This document shows, piece after piece, positions 40,741-54,060 of a stretch of DNA of 64,000 bases. Positions within the stretch are counted from its first letter, which is position 1. The number at the start of each line of letters is the position of its first letter. Below the pieces are notes generated by a model. That model searched no databases, was not told where the DNA came from, and saw only the letters and a list, made by a program, of their open reading frames with translations. The stretch is from Octopus vulgaris (taxonomy: Eukaryota), in the NCBI GenBank assembly GCA_951406725.2, contig OX597835.1:50220001-50284000 (forward strand). Reading direction: 5' to 3'. The translations under genes and the position numbers were made by a program.

Positions 40741-40811
40741 TTACATACCATCTATATATACCATCTTACATACCATCTATATATACCATCTTACATACCA
40801 TCTATATATAC
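40741..40811. repeat. Minisatellite, 25-bp unit x ~2.8
   Basis: ttacataccatctatatataccatc. Confidence 0.9.
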
Positions 40812-41136
40812 GTAAGCAAAAATATTTCTCCAAATTATAAGATTCATCTAGTTTTAGCCAATTTATGTTGATTACAATATTCTTTCATATTTGTTGAAAT
40901 TGTTGAAGAAATAGGTAGGTAATTCCTTTGCTGAAACCATTGTTCAGCAAAAGAATTAGCTGTCAGAAATTAATTCATATGATGAATGGGAAAAAGACAT
41001 ACTTCCCATCTTTATACATTTGTAATTATGTATCTAGAGTATTAATACAGAAACGCACAAATATATATATGTTGGCAGAAAAGTGATGCAGAGCAAATAT
41101 ACTGTCATGTGTCTTCAAGCCTGCAGTATATTTTTC

Positions 41137-41841
41137 GGATATTTTCCTTTTGAACGGCGGATGTCAACACAATTTTTTGTTAACTAAACACTTTTAAACT
41201 TCGTATACTGGTAGAATGTGTTTTTTAAAACATCATTTTCTCTTGGTTTTATTGAGAAAATTCTATAGGTTGTAAGATATTTCGTCTGAAAATCCGAGCA
41301 TTTCGGCAATTTTAACCAATCGATTACCTCCATTTAGGTAAACAACATTTACTGCATCTAAAACTGAGACATCCTAACCCTAACCCTAAATTTTTTTTTT
41401 CTTAATTGTTAGGCGTGTAAAAAAAAACTAAAACAATTAACATACAAAATAATTTTATAATTTTATACACACATGTGTTACGGAAAGTGTGTGTATAAAA
41501 TTATAGAATTATTTTGTTTCTTAATTGTTTAAATTATTTTCCATTGATTTAGTTTTTCTTTTACACGCGAAACAATTAAGAAAAAAAAATTTAGGGTGGG
41601 GGGGGTTAGGGTTAGTTACAGGATTTTGTCTCAGTTTTAGACGCAGCAAATGATTAACTCAAAAGAGAGCATAGGATTGGTTAAAATTCGAAAAATTAAA
41701 CTACGTTAAACAAACAAATTACAATTTTCTCAAGAAAGCCAAGAGAAAAAAATGTTTTATTTTGACACATTCTACCAGTATACGAAGTTTTAAAGTGTTT
41801 AGTTAACTAGAAATTGTCTGCCGTTCAAAAGGAAAAGATCC
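41137..41841. mobile_element. 705-bp fold-back DNA transposon with GG...CC ends, perfect 8-bp TSD and internal telomeric repeats (Merlin-like?)
   Basis: ggatattttccttttgaacggc / gccgttcaaaaggaaaagatcc; TSD tatttttc at 41129-41136 and 41842-41849. The arms pair imperfectly to the centre (~41480). cctaaccctaaccctaa at ~41373 is mirrored by ttagggtggg...ttagggttag at ~41591. Confidence 0.85.
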
Positions 41842-41919
41842 TATTTTTCAATTTTATTTTTCCTAGTGCAAGCTAGATGTACAGTCCAGTTCACAGTTTT
41901 ATGCAAAGTTATGAAATCT

Positions 41920-41962
<43 letters not shown>

Positions 41963-42531
41963 GCTCACTGGCTAATTGCAACACCAGTACTGTTTATGGC
42001 ACTGCACACAGGCTAATCGTGCCATCAGTACCTGTTCTGCTACTGTTATTCTATATATTGCTGGTGGGAAAATGAGTTGCTGCTATTTCTAGCAGTTGAG
42101 TGACGATCATGGACAAGACCAAGGATGGTCAAAATCACATGATCTGGTGATCTCGGTGCTGAAGATGGCAAGGATTCATCTCACTGTTAGTGATGTAAGT
42201 GTCTGTGCATTTTGCACCAAAAGCCAGAATGAGAGTTTCTCTCGTGGAATCTACTGCAGTATTGTTTGTTCTAATGGAACATTCATGTTTAAGTGGTGAT
42301 ATGCGCGTGTGTGTGTATGTGTGCATGTATGTATGTATGTGCATGCGTGTAAGTTGTCTAAGAGTCCATAAATCAGGGAAAAGATGCACTTGTACATCTG
42401 TCAATAGAGTGGTTATATCATCCAAAGTGTTCAGTATTATATATTTATTACAGCTGATCTTACCAATTGGTTTAGTGCCAGGTTTCAATGGAGCATTTGG
42501 TAACAATAATCACCATATATCATTCCATATC

Positions 42532-42623
42532 GGCTACCTCTGATGAGCACAGGGTTACATAATCAGGCTGTTACCTAGCATCCTGTTGAATCCCTGGTGC
42601 AAAACCAATTGATAAGATCAGCC
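42532..42623 (+). ncRNA. Degenerate hammerhead-like motif with upstream antisense partial copy
   Basis: ggctacct-CTGATGA-GCACAGGG...CCCTGGTGC-AAAAC-CAATTG-ATA-agatcagcc, with two G>A changes. An inverted copy at 42446-42482 retains GTA. Confidence 0.5.
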
Positions 42624-42946
42624 TTAATGGATATATCATACTGTACACTTCAGATAATATACATATCTATATATCTATATCTGTCTATATGATAAATTGA
42701 GAACTTATCTGTGGCTAAGTTAAGTCAACATAATATCTAATTTCTTAATAAATTCTAACAGCATCTTTGAGTGCTTGCTGTTGTTCTATATTCAATAATT
42801 GAGCAAATGAGTACTATCAGACAAATTAAGGATTCAAACAGAAATAAGACGTATAAAAATTACACAAATTGGGAATCAAATGTGTAAATATTATCCAGAG
42901 ATTAGCAGAAAACTGCCCAGAGGATGATGTTTCTACTTGTATATAT

Positions 42947-42989
<43 letters not shown>

Positions 42990-42990
42990 A

Positions 42991-43023
<33 letters not shown>

Positions 43024-43040
43024 CTATATATACATATATA

Positions 43041-43460
43041 AGGTGCAGGAGTGGCTGTGTGGTAAGTAGCTTGCTAACCAACCACATAGCTCCAGGTTCA
43101 GTCCCACTGCATGGCATCTTGGGCAAGTGTCTTCTGCTATAGCCCCGGGCCGACCAATGCCTTGTGAGTGGATTTGGTAGACGGAAACTGAAAGAAGCCT
43201 GTCGTATATATGTATATATATATATAAGTGTGTGTGTATATGTTTGTGTGTCTGTGTTTGTCCCCCTAGCATTGCTTGACAACCGATGCTGGTGTGTTTA
43301 CGTCCCCGTCACTTAGCGGTTCGGCAAAAGAGACCGATAGAATAAGTACTGGGCTTACAAAGAATAAGTCCCGGGGTCGATTTGCTCGACTAAAGGCGGT
43401 GCTCCAGCATGGCCGCAGTCAAATGACTGAAACAAGTAAAAGAGAAAAGAGTAAAAGAGT
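43041..43460 (+). mobile_element. tRNA-derived SINE family A, young full-length copy
   Basis: Intact head, CpGs retained, tail aaacaagtaaaagag. Other copies: 7615-7770(-), 31688-31850, 38968-39305(-), 46110-46515, 46915-47255, 49142-49700, 51722-52075, 62040-62185 and 63571-63970. Confidence 0.9.
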
Positions 43461-43824
43461 AATATGCTCATTTACGTTAGACACTTTGGACTACTTACCA
43501 CACACACACACACACATACAGTTCTGCATTTCATCCTACCATATGTTGTAGTTAGTCCCGTGCTTTCTTGTTATGTGTTGCTATAGTTATTTCTATGATC
43601 GAAGAAACATCACAATACATTTATTATGATAATGATAAAAATCATTATTATCATTATTTTTAATATCATCATCATTATCTTGCTCATATTTTTGCCTTTA
43701 TAAATCGTTTTTCTCGATATCATCTATTTATTAAAAAAAATTTCTATCTCAGACATCAAAACTGGACCTGATCAAATATACAATTCGTTTCACTTTTGGT
43801 TTTGATTATTCTGTTTACATTGTG

Positions 43825-43856
<32 letters not shown>

Positions 43857-44190
43857 CTGTGCATCTGTGTACGTGCAAAAGTGTATATATCATAAATGTT
43901 TTTCTTTTACCAGTTGTTTATTATTATCATTATTTTGTTAAGTTACAAAATTTGCAATTTTGTTGATAAATATATTTTACTGATTGAAAAAAGAAAATTG
44001 TAATTATTATTACTTTTGGACATTGGGTGGTGAGGTGACAGAATTGTTAGAATATATGACAAGACGCTTTGCTATGTTTCTTTCATCTCTTTAAGTTCTG
44101 GTTCCAAATCCTATTCTGGTCAAATCTGTCATTTATCTTTTCAAGATCAATAAAATAAAGTTCCAATTGAGTATAGAAGTCATTGTAACA

Positions 44191-44295
44191 GACTAGAACC
44201 CATGTCCCTACCCATTGAAACTAGAACCCATGTCCCTACCCATTGAGACTAGAACCCATATCCCTACCCACTGAGACTAGAACCCATGTCCCCAC
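44191..44295. repeat. Minisatellite, 28-bp unit x ~3.7 inside a SINE B 3' region
   Basis: gactagaacccatgtccctacccattga. Confidence 0.9.
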
Positions 44296-44559
44296 TCGTC
44301 AAAACTGCTGGCCTTGTTCTTTTAAGTTGGCAAAATTGTTAGAGCATCAGACAAAATGCTTGGTGCTATTTCTCTTGATTCATTATGTTCTGGTTTCAAA
44401 TCCTGCTGAGGGCGACTTTGCCTTTTTTTTTTCTTTAGTCAATAAAATAAGATACTGGTCAAGAACGGAGGTTAATAGCATCAACTGACCCTCCCCCTCC
44501 TCTCAAAATTGCTAAGTCTTCTCCGAAATCATAAACAGTTCTTCTTCTTCTTCTATTAT

Positions 44560-44733
44560 TGTTTATTCTTTTCATCTCAGGTTTTGTTGTAACTCCTGGA
44601 GTCCTTCATGCATAGCAGGCTTGCTGTCTGCAGCCTACGGGATCATGCTATCCATTCTTTTCAGCTATCTGATACTTTCTTGATTATTTTGGCTGCGCCA
44701 AGGAGGCAAACCATTGGTAACACTTCCACTGGG
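44560..44733 (-). mobile_element. Second, short R4/Dong-type 3' end next to (TAA)n
   Basis: Minus translation PVEVLPMVCLLGAAKIIKKVSDS* parallels the 11797 C-terminus (IQKIVLMGTAHILRKILSM). Its 5' junction abuts (tat)n at 44734. Confidence 0.6.
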
Positions 44734-44801
44734 TATTATTATTATTATCATCATCATCATCATCATCATCGTCATCGTCATCATCATCATCATCGTCATC
44801 G

Positions 44802-44834
<33 letters not shown>

Positions 44835-46066
44835 AGGTAGCAAGCTGGCAGAATCCTTAGCACACTGGGCAAAGTGCTCAGCATTTCATTTCATCCATTT
44901 TTTACATTCTGAGTTCACATGAAGTCAACTCTGGCTTTCATCCTTCCAGGGTTGATAAAATAAGTACCATCTGAACAGTGGGGTTGATGTAATTGACTTA
45001 CCCCACCCCACTAAAATTGCTGGCCTTGTGCCCAAATTTTAAACCAAGATGGTGAGCTGGCAGAACTGTTAGCACAGTGGGCAAAGTGCTTAGTGACGCA
45101 TTCTGGGTTCAAATTCTGCCAAGGTCAACTTTGCCTTTCGTCCTTTCATCATCATCATCGTTTAACGTCCGCTTTCCATGCTGCTAGCATGGGTTGGACG
45201 ATTTTGACTGAGGGCTGATGAACCACATGGCCGCACCAGGCTCCAATCTTGATCTGGCAGTGTTTCTACAGCTGGATGCCCTTCCTAACGCCGACCACTC
45301 CAAGTGTGTAGTGGGTGCTTTTACGTGCCACCGGCACGGGAGCCAGTCAGGCGGTACTAGCAATGACCTCACTCAAATCTTTTTACACATGCTACCGGCA
45401 CAGGTGCTAGTAAGGCAATGCTGGTAACGATCACACACGAATGGTGCCCTTTTATGTGCCACCGGCACAGAAGCCGGTTAGCCGCTCTGCCAATGATCAC
45501 CCTTGTATGGTGCTCTTTGCACCCCGCTAGCACGGATGCCAGTCGTCGAATTTGGTTAATGAAATAAGTACCAGTTAAATAATGGGGTTGATGGCATTGA
45601 CTAGCCTCTCCCTACAAATTTCAGGCCTTCTGTCTATAGTAGAAAGGACTATTATTATTATTATTATTATTATTATTTAGGTGGCAAACTGGCAGAATTA
45701 GTGCCTATCACTATCTCTTTTGGTATTCTGAGTACAAAATCTCGCAAGGCCAACTCCATTTTTCATTGTTTTGGGGGTTAGTAAAGTATGTACCATTTAA
45801 ACACTAGGGTTGATTTAACTGGCTAGCCCACCTCACACCCAGTTTCAGGTTTTGTGTTTATTGTAGAAAGGATCATTATTATTATTATTGTTATTTGGTG
45901 AAAATATGAATTAGCCATTTGTCGTATGGTGAACACATTTAAAAAAACAAAACAAAGCAAAACAAAAACAAAGCAAAATCATCAGTTTCATTTATCTCTC
46001 CTAAATATCTCTGACAAAATACAATTGCTGTCATGTTTCATATTCTCATTATGACCAGTCTTAAGC

Positions 46067-46107
<41 letters not shown>

Positions 46108-47006
46108 CTGCAGGAATGGCTGTGTGGTAAGAAATTTGCTTCCTAAACTCATGGTTCCAGGCTCAGTCCCACTGCATGGCACCTTTGGCAAACTATAGGT
46201 TTGGGTCATCCAAAGCCTTGTGAGTGGATTTGGTAGATGGAAACTGAAAGACTGACAGAATCCTGTCATTGATATATGTGTGTGTGTGTGTGTGTGTGTG
46301 TTTGTCCCCCATCACCATTTGACAACCAGCGTTGGTAGTTTCATATCCCTGTGACTTAGTGGTTTGGCAAAAGAGACCAAAAGAATAAGTATCAGGTTTA
46401 AAAACAAAAACAAAAAAAATGAAACAAGTTCTGCAGTCATTCATTTAATTAAAAATTCTTTAAGGTGGTGCCCCAGCATGGCCACAGTCTAATGACTGAA
46501 ACAGGTAAAAGATAACAGACATGCCATATGTTTATGATCCATGTTGCTCATTCCTTAATGACTTTGTGCTGCCAGTTGCCAGGTATTATGCGTGGGAGGG
46601 TGGTGGCGATAGTGTGGGGGGTGGGATAGGTAGGTGGATGTTTTTGTGGGGTTTTTTTCTTAAACTAAATTTTAGTTTTATTTAATCTGCATTTTACAAA
46701 AATTTATCTACCAAGATTTTTGTAAAGAAGAGAATGTAATATGTACATTTATAGACTGGCTTGCACAACAACATGCACACACACACACACACACATGCAC
46801 ACATGCATGCATGCATGCATGCATACTCACACACATCTATACAAACACACATGTATAAATACTTTATGCAATATGTATTAGTACAGAAACATAATACGAG
46901 CGTGGATAGTCTGGGTGCTGGCATGACTGCTTCCTGGCCACATGGGTCCAAGCCCAGCCCCACTGCGTGGCACCTTGGCCAAGTGTTTTCTACTATAGCC
47001 TATGGC

Positions 47007-47417
47007 TAGACGGAAAGTGAAAAAAGCCTATCATATATATGTTATGTATGTGTGTGTGTGTGTATGTGTGTGTGTTTGTCCCCAACAGGTGTTGGTGTGT
47101 TTACATCCCTGTAACTTAGCAGTTTGGCAAAAGACTCTGATAGAATAAGTGTCAGAATAATAAATAGTGGGGTCAATTCATTTGACTAAAAATTCTTCAA
47201 GGTGGTGCCCCAGTATGGCCACAGTCGAATGACAGAAACAAATAAAAGATAAAAGATATATGTACACACACACACAAAAACCAACAAAGAGCAAAGAAAC
47301 AGGCCTGGAAGAGTGGAGGTAGTGGGGAACTTTACCAGATAGCCAGAAGGGAGACTGGACAACAGGTATGCATAGCCAAGGGAGAAGCAGAAAAGAAGAA
47401 GTTTGCCAATGTCCAGC

Positions 47418-47463
<46 letters not shown>

Positions 47464-47963
47464 CTAGCAGCATAGCCCGGCATTGCCCGGGTATGGGTAA
47501 GAGCCCCTAGTGGGCAACGACTAATCCCAATCTAGTCCTTTCCCTCTAGGGAACAAAGGCGCATGTGTAGACGGAAAGTGAAAAAAGCCCATCATATATA
47601 TGTTATGTATGTGTGTGTGTTTGTCCCCAACAGGTGTTGGTGTGTTTACATCCCTGTAACTTAGCAGTTTGGCAAAAGACTCTGATAGAATAAGTGTCAG
47701 AATAATAAATAGTGGGGTCAATTCATTTGACTAAAAATTCTTCAAGGTGGTGCCCCAGTATGGCCACAGTCGAATGACAGAAACAAATAAAAGATAAAAG
47801 ATATATGTACACACACACACAAAAACCAACAAAGAGCAAAGAAACAGGCCTGGAAGAGTGGAGGTAGCAGGGAACTTTACCAGATAGCCAGAAGGGAGAC
47901 TGGACAACAGGTATGCATAGCCAAGGGAGAAGCAGAAAAGAAGAAGTTTGCCAATGTCCAGCG

Positions 47964-48007
<44 letters not shown>

Positions 48008-48008
48008 T
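47007..48008. repeat. Near-identical direct duplication (~450 bp: 47007-47462 and 47568-48008)
   Basis: tagacggaaagtgaaaaaagcc...gtttgccaatgtccagc(ac)n(at)n occurs twice and includes non-SINE sequence. Confidence 0.9.
47463..47567 (-). mobile_element. Helitron-type 3' terminal fragment
   Basis: Minus strand cccgggcaatgccgggctatgctgCTAG|T: a GC hairpin ~10 nt upstream of CTAG. Confidence 0.65.
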
Positions 48009-48956
48009 TATATAATACTGTCATACATAACAGTATTGTGTGTGGCCATCTTTTGATGATTAAACATACACAATGGCAAAAGACAACCATCCCCAAGTAT
48101 AATAATATCGTTTCAACACATGATTTCACGTCAAGAATTTTCAAAATAAATACATATATATATGATATATATATATAATATATTTTCAGGACATTTGGTC
48201 ATAGTATAGGATTGGCCACTTATGCACTTTGTAGTCAGTTCTATTGCCTTTTATGAACAATAGTTGCAGAGTTGACTCATTTTCAATGTTCCTATCAGCT
48301 GTTCACTTCCTGGGGCAGCATCCTGAGATTTTGACTGAGCTAACTGCTTGATCACAGGTTTCCCATCCTGTCTTTTAATTAACTTTTTCAGACATAATGT
48401 CAATGTTTTCTTTCCCTTTTAACTAAGATGGTAGGGTGTGATTTAAGAATGATTTGACTCCTATTTCTAGCAATGAAATAGAGCAACCATGTAAGGGATT
48501 TTTGTATTCACTTCAAAAGTAATCTTGTAACAAGTTTTGTTTTATTCTAAATTGATGTAAGTCTGGCTTACTTTTAAATGATTCTGTTTTGTAGTGAAAT
48601 ATATTAAGAGGCAACCTATGAAAGCAATGGTTCTCACCTGGGCTCCATATGATCTATCAGGGTTCATATGACCCTTTGTGGGGTGGGGGTGCACATAAGA
48701 TTTTGCTGTTAAAATTTATCTGCAATAAATTTGTTATACTTTTTCTATACACAAAATATTTTAACAGATTTTTGTACAGTTTTATGCAATGATATATATA
48801 TACGGAGTGGTTGGCGTTAGGAAGGGCATCCAGCCGTAGAAACACTGCCAGATTTGACTGGGCCTGATGAAGCCTTCTGGCTTCACAGACCCCAGTAGAA
48901 CCGTCCAACCCATGCTAGCATGGAAAACGGACGCTAAACGAGGATGATGATGATGA

Positions 48957-48991
<35 letters not shown>

Positions 48992-49434
48992 TATATATAT
49001 ATACATACATACACACACAGACACACAAAAAACAAGTACTGATGTTGATTTATTTAACTAAACCCTTCAAGTTAAAGATAATAAACAAACAATGTATGTA
49101 TGTATGTATGTATGTATGAATGTATACATGTATCTATATGCATAGGCATGGATGTGTGATAAAAAGCTTACTTCCCAACCATATGGTCCCAGTTTTAGTC
49201 CCATTGTGTGGCACCTTGGGCAAGTGCCTCTTAGTATAGCCTTGGGCCAACCAAAGCCTTGTGAGTGAATTTGGTAGACGCAAACTGAAAAACTCCCTCA
49301 TATTTGTGTGTGTTTCTCTGTGTTTGTCCCCCACCACTGCTTAGAAATCAGTGTTGGTTTATATCCTTGTAACTTAGCAGTTCAACAAAAGAGACTGATA
49401 GAATAAGTACCAGGCTTTAAAAGGTAATACTTGA

Positions 49435-49600
49435 AATTTGAAGAAAAACAAAAGATGGAGACAGGTGTATGAACAACAAGCAGATGTATTAGTTTGATGC
49501 TTGGGAAATGAAGAAGTCTTTTACGTTTCAAGCCGATGCTCTTCAACAGAAAGGAATAAGGGAAAATAAACAGAGAGAGAATAAAAAACTTGTGGATTTA
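49435..49600 (-). mobile_element. Family H1 repeat with hammerhead motif, nested in a SINE A
   Basis: Minus strand: cttt-CTGTTGA-AGAGC-atcg-GCTT-GAAAC-GTA-aaag (49517-49553). SINE A resumes at ~49605. Confidence 0.65.
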
Positions 49601-52600
49601 ACAATAGTATTGGAGTTGATTCACTTGACTAAAAATTCTTTGAGTCTGTGCTCCAGCATGGCCACAGTCTAATGACTGAAACAAATAAAAGATAGAGTGA
49701 TAAAAAGATATATATATACATGACTAGTGACTGGGACCTTTGGAAATATGCTGTGCTTGAGAAGACTCAGCAAGTCCAAGTGAGACCATAACCTCGTAGC
49801 CAATGCCAGGGGTGTAACAAGCTCACTTATGTGTACCTTTCCTTCATTGGACACTAAACTCTGTTTGCGAAGACCTGTTGAGGCAAGAGAAATCAAAATC
49901 AAAATTGATGGCTGGCATCTGTGCTAGTGGAGTGCTAAGAGTACCATATGAACGTGATCACTGCCAGAGCAACAAACTGGCCTCCGTGTCGGTGGCACAT
50001 AAAAAGCACCATTTGAGCATGGCTGTTGCCAGTATCGCCTGACTGGCCCTCGTGCTGGTGGCACATAAAAGTACCCACTACACTCTTGGAGTGGTTGGCG
50101 TTAGGAAGGACATCCAGTTGTAGACACTCTGCCAGATCAGATTGGAGTCTGGTGCAGCCATCTGGTTCACCAGACCTCAGTCAAATCGTCCAACCCATGC
50201 TAGCATGGAAAGCGGACGTTAAACGATGATGATGATGATGTTGATATATACATGTGTGTGTGTGTATATATCATCATCATCCTTTAACATCTGTTTTCTA
50301 TGCTGGCATGGGTTGGATGGTTTGACCAGAGCTGGCAAGCCAGAGAGCTGCATTAGGTTTGTATGACTGGATGCCCTTTCTAATGCCAATCACTTTACAG
50401 TTGGTGTTTGGTGCCTTGAGTGCTCTTTCAGTGTGGTACCCACATGAGTACCTTTTATGTGGTGCTGGCACAGAGCTGCTCTTGCAGGCCAATCCTTCTT
50501 CATCTGGGCAAGCAACCGTAACTCTTCTGCTGTGAATAAATATACATTACATTCGAAAAAGTGTAATTTGAATGCTAAAGGGTTTAATAGAAAGGCCAGG
50601 AAACTATAAGCACGTCCCCGCATGTACACACGCACACACATACACACGTAATGGACATTCAAACAACATTGCTGCTACTGCTGATGATGTCAGAGATGGC
50701 AAAAATATTAAAGAAAAAAAGCAAATAGAAACAAAAACAAGTGTCAATAGCTTAATGAGAAAAGATGTTAGCAATTAAATTACTGCTACTGAAATTAATC
50801 TTTATTAGATTAAGCTCTGTTCTTTATATTTTGAAAGTATATTGTTATATTTAATTGACATATTTAAAATTCTTTTTCTATGCCGACTATTTCACCTGTT
50901 GTAGTGTAACATTTGTGCTTCGTGACTCTGTCGTTCAATTTTATCTACATTTCTGGGGTTTGAACACAGTATGTATGGTGATGTCCTTTACTACCACACA
51001 ACATTTTGCACTCTGGTATTCTATTTCAGTCCACTTCTTCATTTAGTTAATAATAATAATAATAATAATAATGATGATGGTAATATTAACAACAAGTTCA
51101 AATTTTCGCATAAGACCATCTAGTTCAAGGGAGGGGGCAAGAGATTACATCAACCCCAAGGCTCAACTGGTACTTATTATTATTGACCCTGAAAGGATGA
51201 AAGGCAAAGTAGACCTTGGTGGAATTCGAACTCAGAATGTTAGGACGGATGACATGCCACTAAGCATTTTGCCTGGCATGCTAATGTCTCTGCCAGCTAA
51301 CCATCTTCCTAATAACAACAACAACAGTTAACGATTGTAATGAATCTTTTAGCATTTAAACTGGCCATATCTGGTCAAAATATTCCACATGTTTTATATT
51401 GAAACCATCCAGATCCAGCCTCTCACACTTATCCTACAATGTCACTCCAAAAATAAGCAATCACATCATCAAAATCTCAAATCTACGAGATAATGCATGA
51501 TTAATTTAAAACAGCCTAATTAAGTAAGCATTACATTTGATAATCCGAATCCTAAAAAGTTAAACAGAAAGTTAGCTGCTGTTGGGAGTTGAGTACATCG
51601 AAGTACGTATCTAACTGGTCCTTCATTTTATAAATCTTGGAGGGGTTAAAAGTAAGGATGACCTTGAAGGACAGACAGGGAGAGAGAATCATAGAGATAA
51701 AATGATTGCTCCTATATAATGTATAGGTGCAGTTATAAGGCTTTTAGGTTCAGTCACACTGCATGGCACCTTGGGCAAGTGTTTTCAACTATAGTTTGGA
51801 TTTGCCAGATGGAAACTGAAAGATGCCTGCTGAGTAGCTGTGTGGTAAGAAACTTGTTTTCCAACCACGTAATTCCAGGTTCAGTCCCACTCTGTGGCAC
51901 CTTTGGCAAGTGTCTCCTACTATAACTTTGGGCCAAATAAAGCCTTGTGAGTGGATTTGGTAGAAGGAAACTGAAAGCTTGTCATGTGTGTGTGTGTGTT
52001 TGTCCCCCCCCCCCCCACCACCACTTGACAACCAGTGTAACCCGGCAGTTTGGCAAAAGAGATCAATAGAATAATTCAAGGTTGTAAATATTTTTCTTTT
52101 GATAATTAATTATTCACTTCATCATTTTGTATAAGCAACAAAAATTTTCAAAAAAGTATGAATTTTAATTAATGTGTGTGTTCTACCATATTTTGGTTGC
52201 AAAAGTATATACACTTCCAAAATTACCTGTCATTTGACGAGTGACACTCTGCTGTAGAGGATGAAACACAGCCATAAAAACTGCTTAACTAGTAAAAGTT
52301 CTGATGTTTCTTTGACTCTTTTACTGAGGCTTTTGTTAGCATATTGCACCCTCCTCTTCCATTCTTGTCATAGAATCGATCTGTTTTGCAGCAAGTGCAG
52401 CTTGTTAATTAATGGAGCATGCATCTGGTTAATTATTATTACCTGCTTTTCAACCAATCATGTCTCTAAGGAATATTGTTTACTTTCATGAATATAGAAG
52501 TTGGTTATTGCCAATAGCTTGAGTCTTCTCTTGCTTAGAATAATTGGGTTGGAATAAGGAACACACACACACATAAAATATATATGCATATGTGTGTGTG

Positions 52601-52712
52601 TGTGTGTATATCATTGTAGATCTTTAGCTGGGCTAAAAAGTCACATTCGATCACGGCACCAGTAACAGTTAAGCTTCGTGCAATGGCCATACTCGATAAC
52701 AAGGGCGCAGCC

Positions 52713-52760
<48 letters not shown>

Positions 52761-53859
52761 TATACTTCTAATATAGGATAAAATTTTTTCCCAAAAAAAT
52801 TTCATCAAAGTGGCCAGCCTATTAAAATACCTTTAAAGGTGAAAATTATAAACAATTATTAACAAGGGCAAAAGAAAAAATATTTCTATGCCAATATGCT
52901 GAGAATAGACTTTAAATCGTCAATCACCACATTACAATATACATTCATCATGAATACACGTCGTGCTGAAATCGAAGAAGGCAAGCTAACAGAATTTTTT
53001 TTTTTTTTAATTCGTTATCCCTATATTGAATCAACTTGGTCAAGCATAGAACACAAAGGAGAAAACTATTCTTTGTGATTTTGTGTAACATAATTTAATG
53101 AAACAGTAAATGCTGATAATAGTGAAATAGAATTGAACAATTTTAGAATTTTTGGTCAGACAATCTGTGACAAATTTAGAGAGATGAGTTACGATGTGAT
53201 AAGCTTGACTAAATAAGTATGTGATGATTAACAGATATGCATCAGCTGAAGACGAGGGGGAAGAAACTAGAACTAATAAGGGGTTTATGATCTTTGCAGA
53301 GATAGAGGAGTAGATGAACGAGGTTGAAAAGACAAAACTTCTTATCTGAGCATCTTCTGAGATTTGTATTCCTTCGGGGGAGGTATTGAAAATCGAGTAG
53401 AGGAATCCGAGTGTGTGCGCTAGTTTCACACACACACACACACACACATGCAAAGGAACCCACACATACCTCCCATACACACACAACACACATACATACA
53501 CACACACAATTATACATACATGGACACACACACGCACACATGCACCTACTTCAAACTACCAGTCAAACACCTTTCTACTGACCATTCTATGCACATGTGA
53601 AGGGAGACTCACAACAAACAGCCACTCCTACCAAAATTCTTACTTTAAATTCTTCCTATGACATTAAACGACACAAAGTTCAACCACACAGATACATAAA
53701 CAGCCACAACCACACACACACACACACACACATGCATATGCATATACACGTGCTATCTTTATACACACACATACTGACCTGTGCACATATACCCACACAA
53801 ATCTCCTTCTCTTGCACTCTCCTATCTTAGATAGAACTTTTTCTTCACCCATTCCCTTC

Positions 53860-54060
53860 CGGTCATTTCATGTGTATCGTTGGCAATTTTCTTTCTCCGT
53901 CTTCCCTTCTTTGGACATTTTCTATATTTCTGATGAAGAGCTCCGCTCGAAACATGAACTCCTCTTTCTTTTCTTTCCTTTCCTGAGCACCCAAAAGTGC
54001 AGAACTTGTCCCACGTCCTCACACTGTTGTCTTTCCTTGCTTGTTCTTGTTTGGATTGAC
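53860..54060 (+). mobile_element. Penelope-like terminal repeat with minimal hammerhead motif
   Basis: CTGATGA-AGAGC-tcc-GCTC-GAAAC-atg at 53930-53956, followed by the same pyrimidine-rich cctgagc... tail layout as H1 and then (TA)n. Confidence 0.6.

Noticed and set aside
34846-44295. 32-, 28- and 25-bp tandem repeats as a possible CRISPR array
   Set aside because: Units are head-to-tail without unique spacers, the context is eukaryotic and there are no cas genes.
53040-53537. 165-aa minus ORF as a GIY-YIG remnant
   Set aside because: Half is (GT)n, no GIY-YIG motif is visible, and the FNTSPEG resemblance is insufficient.
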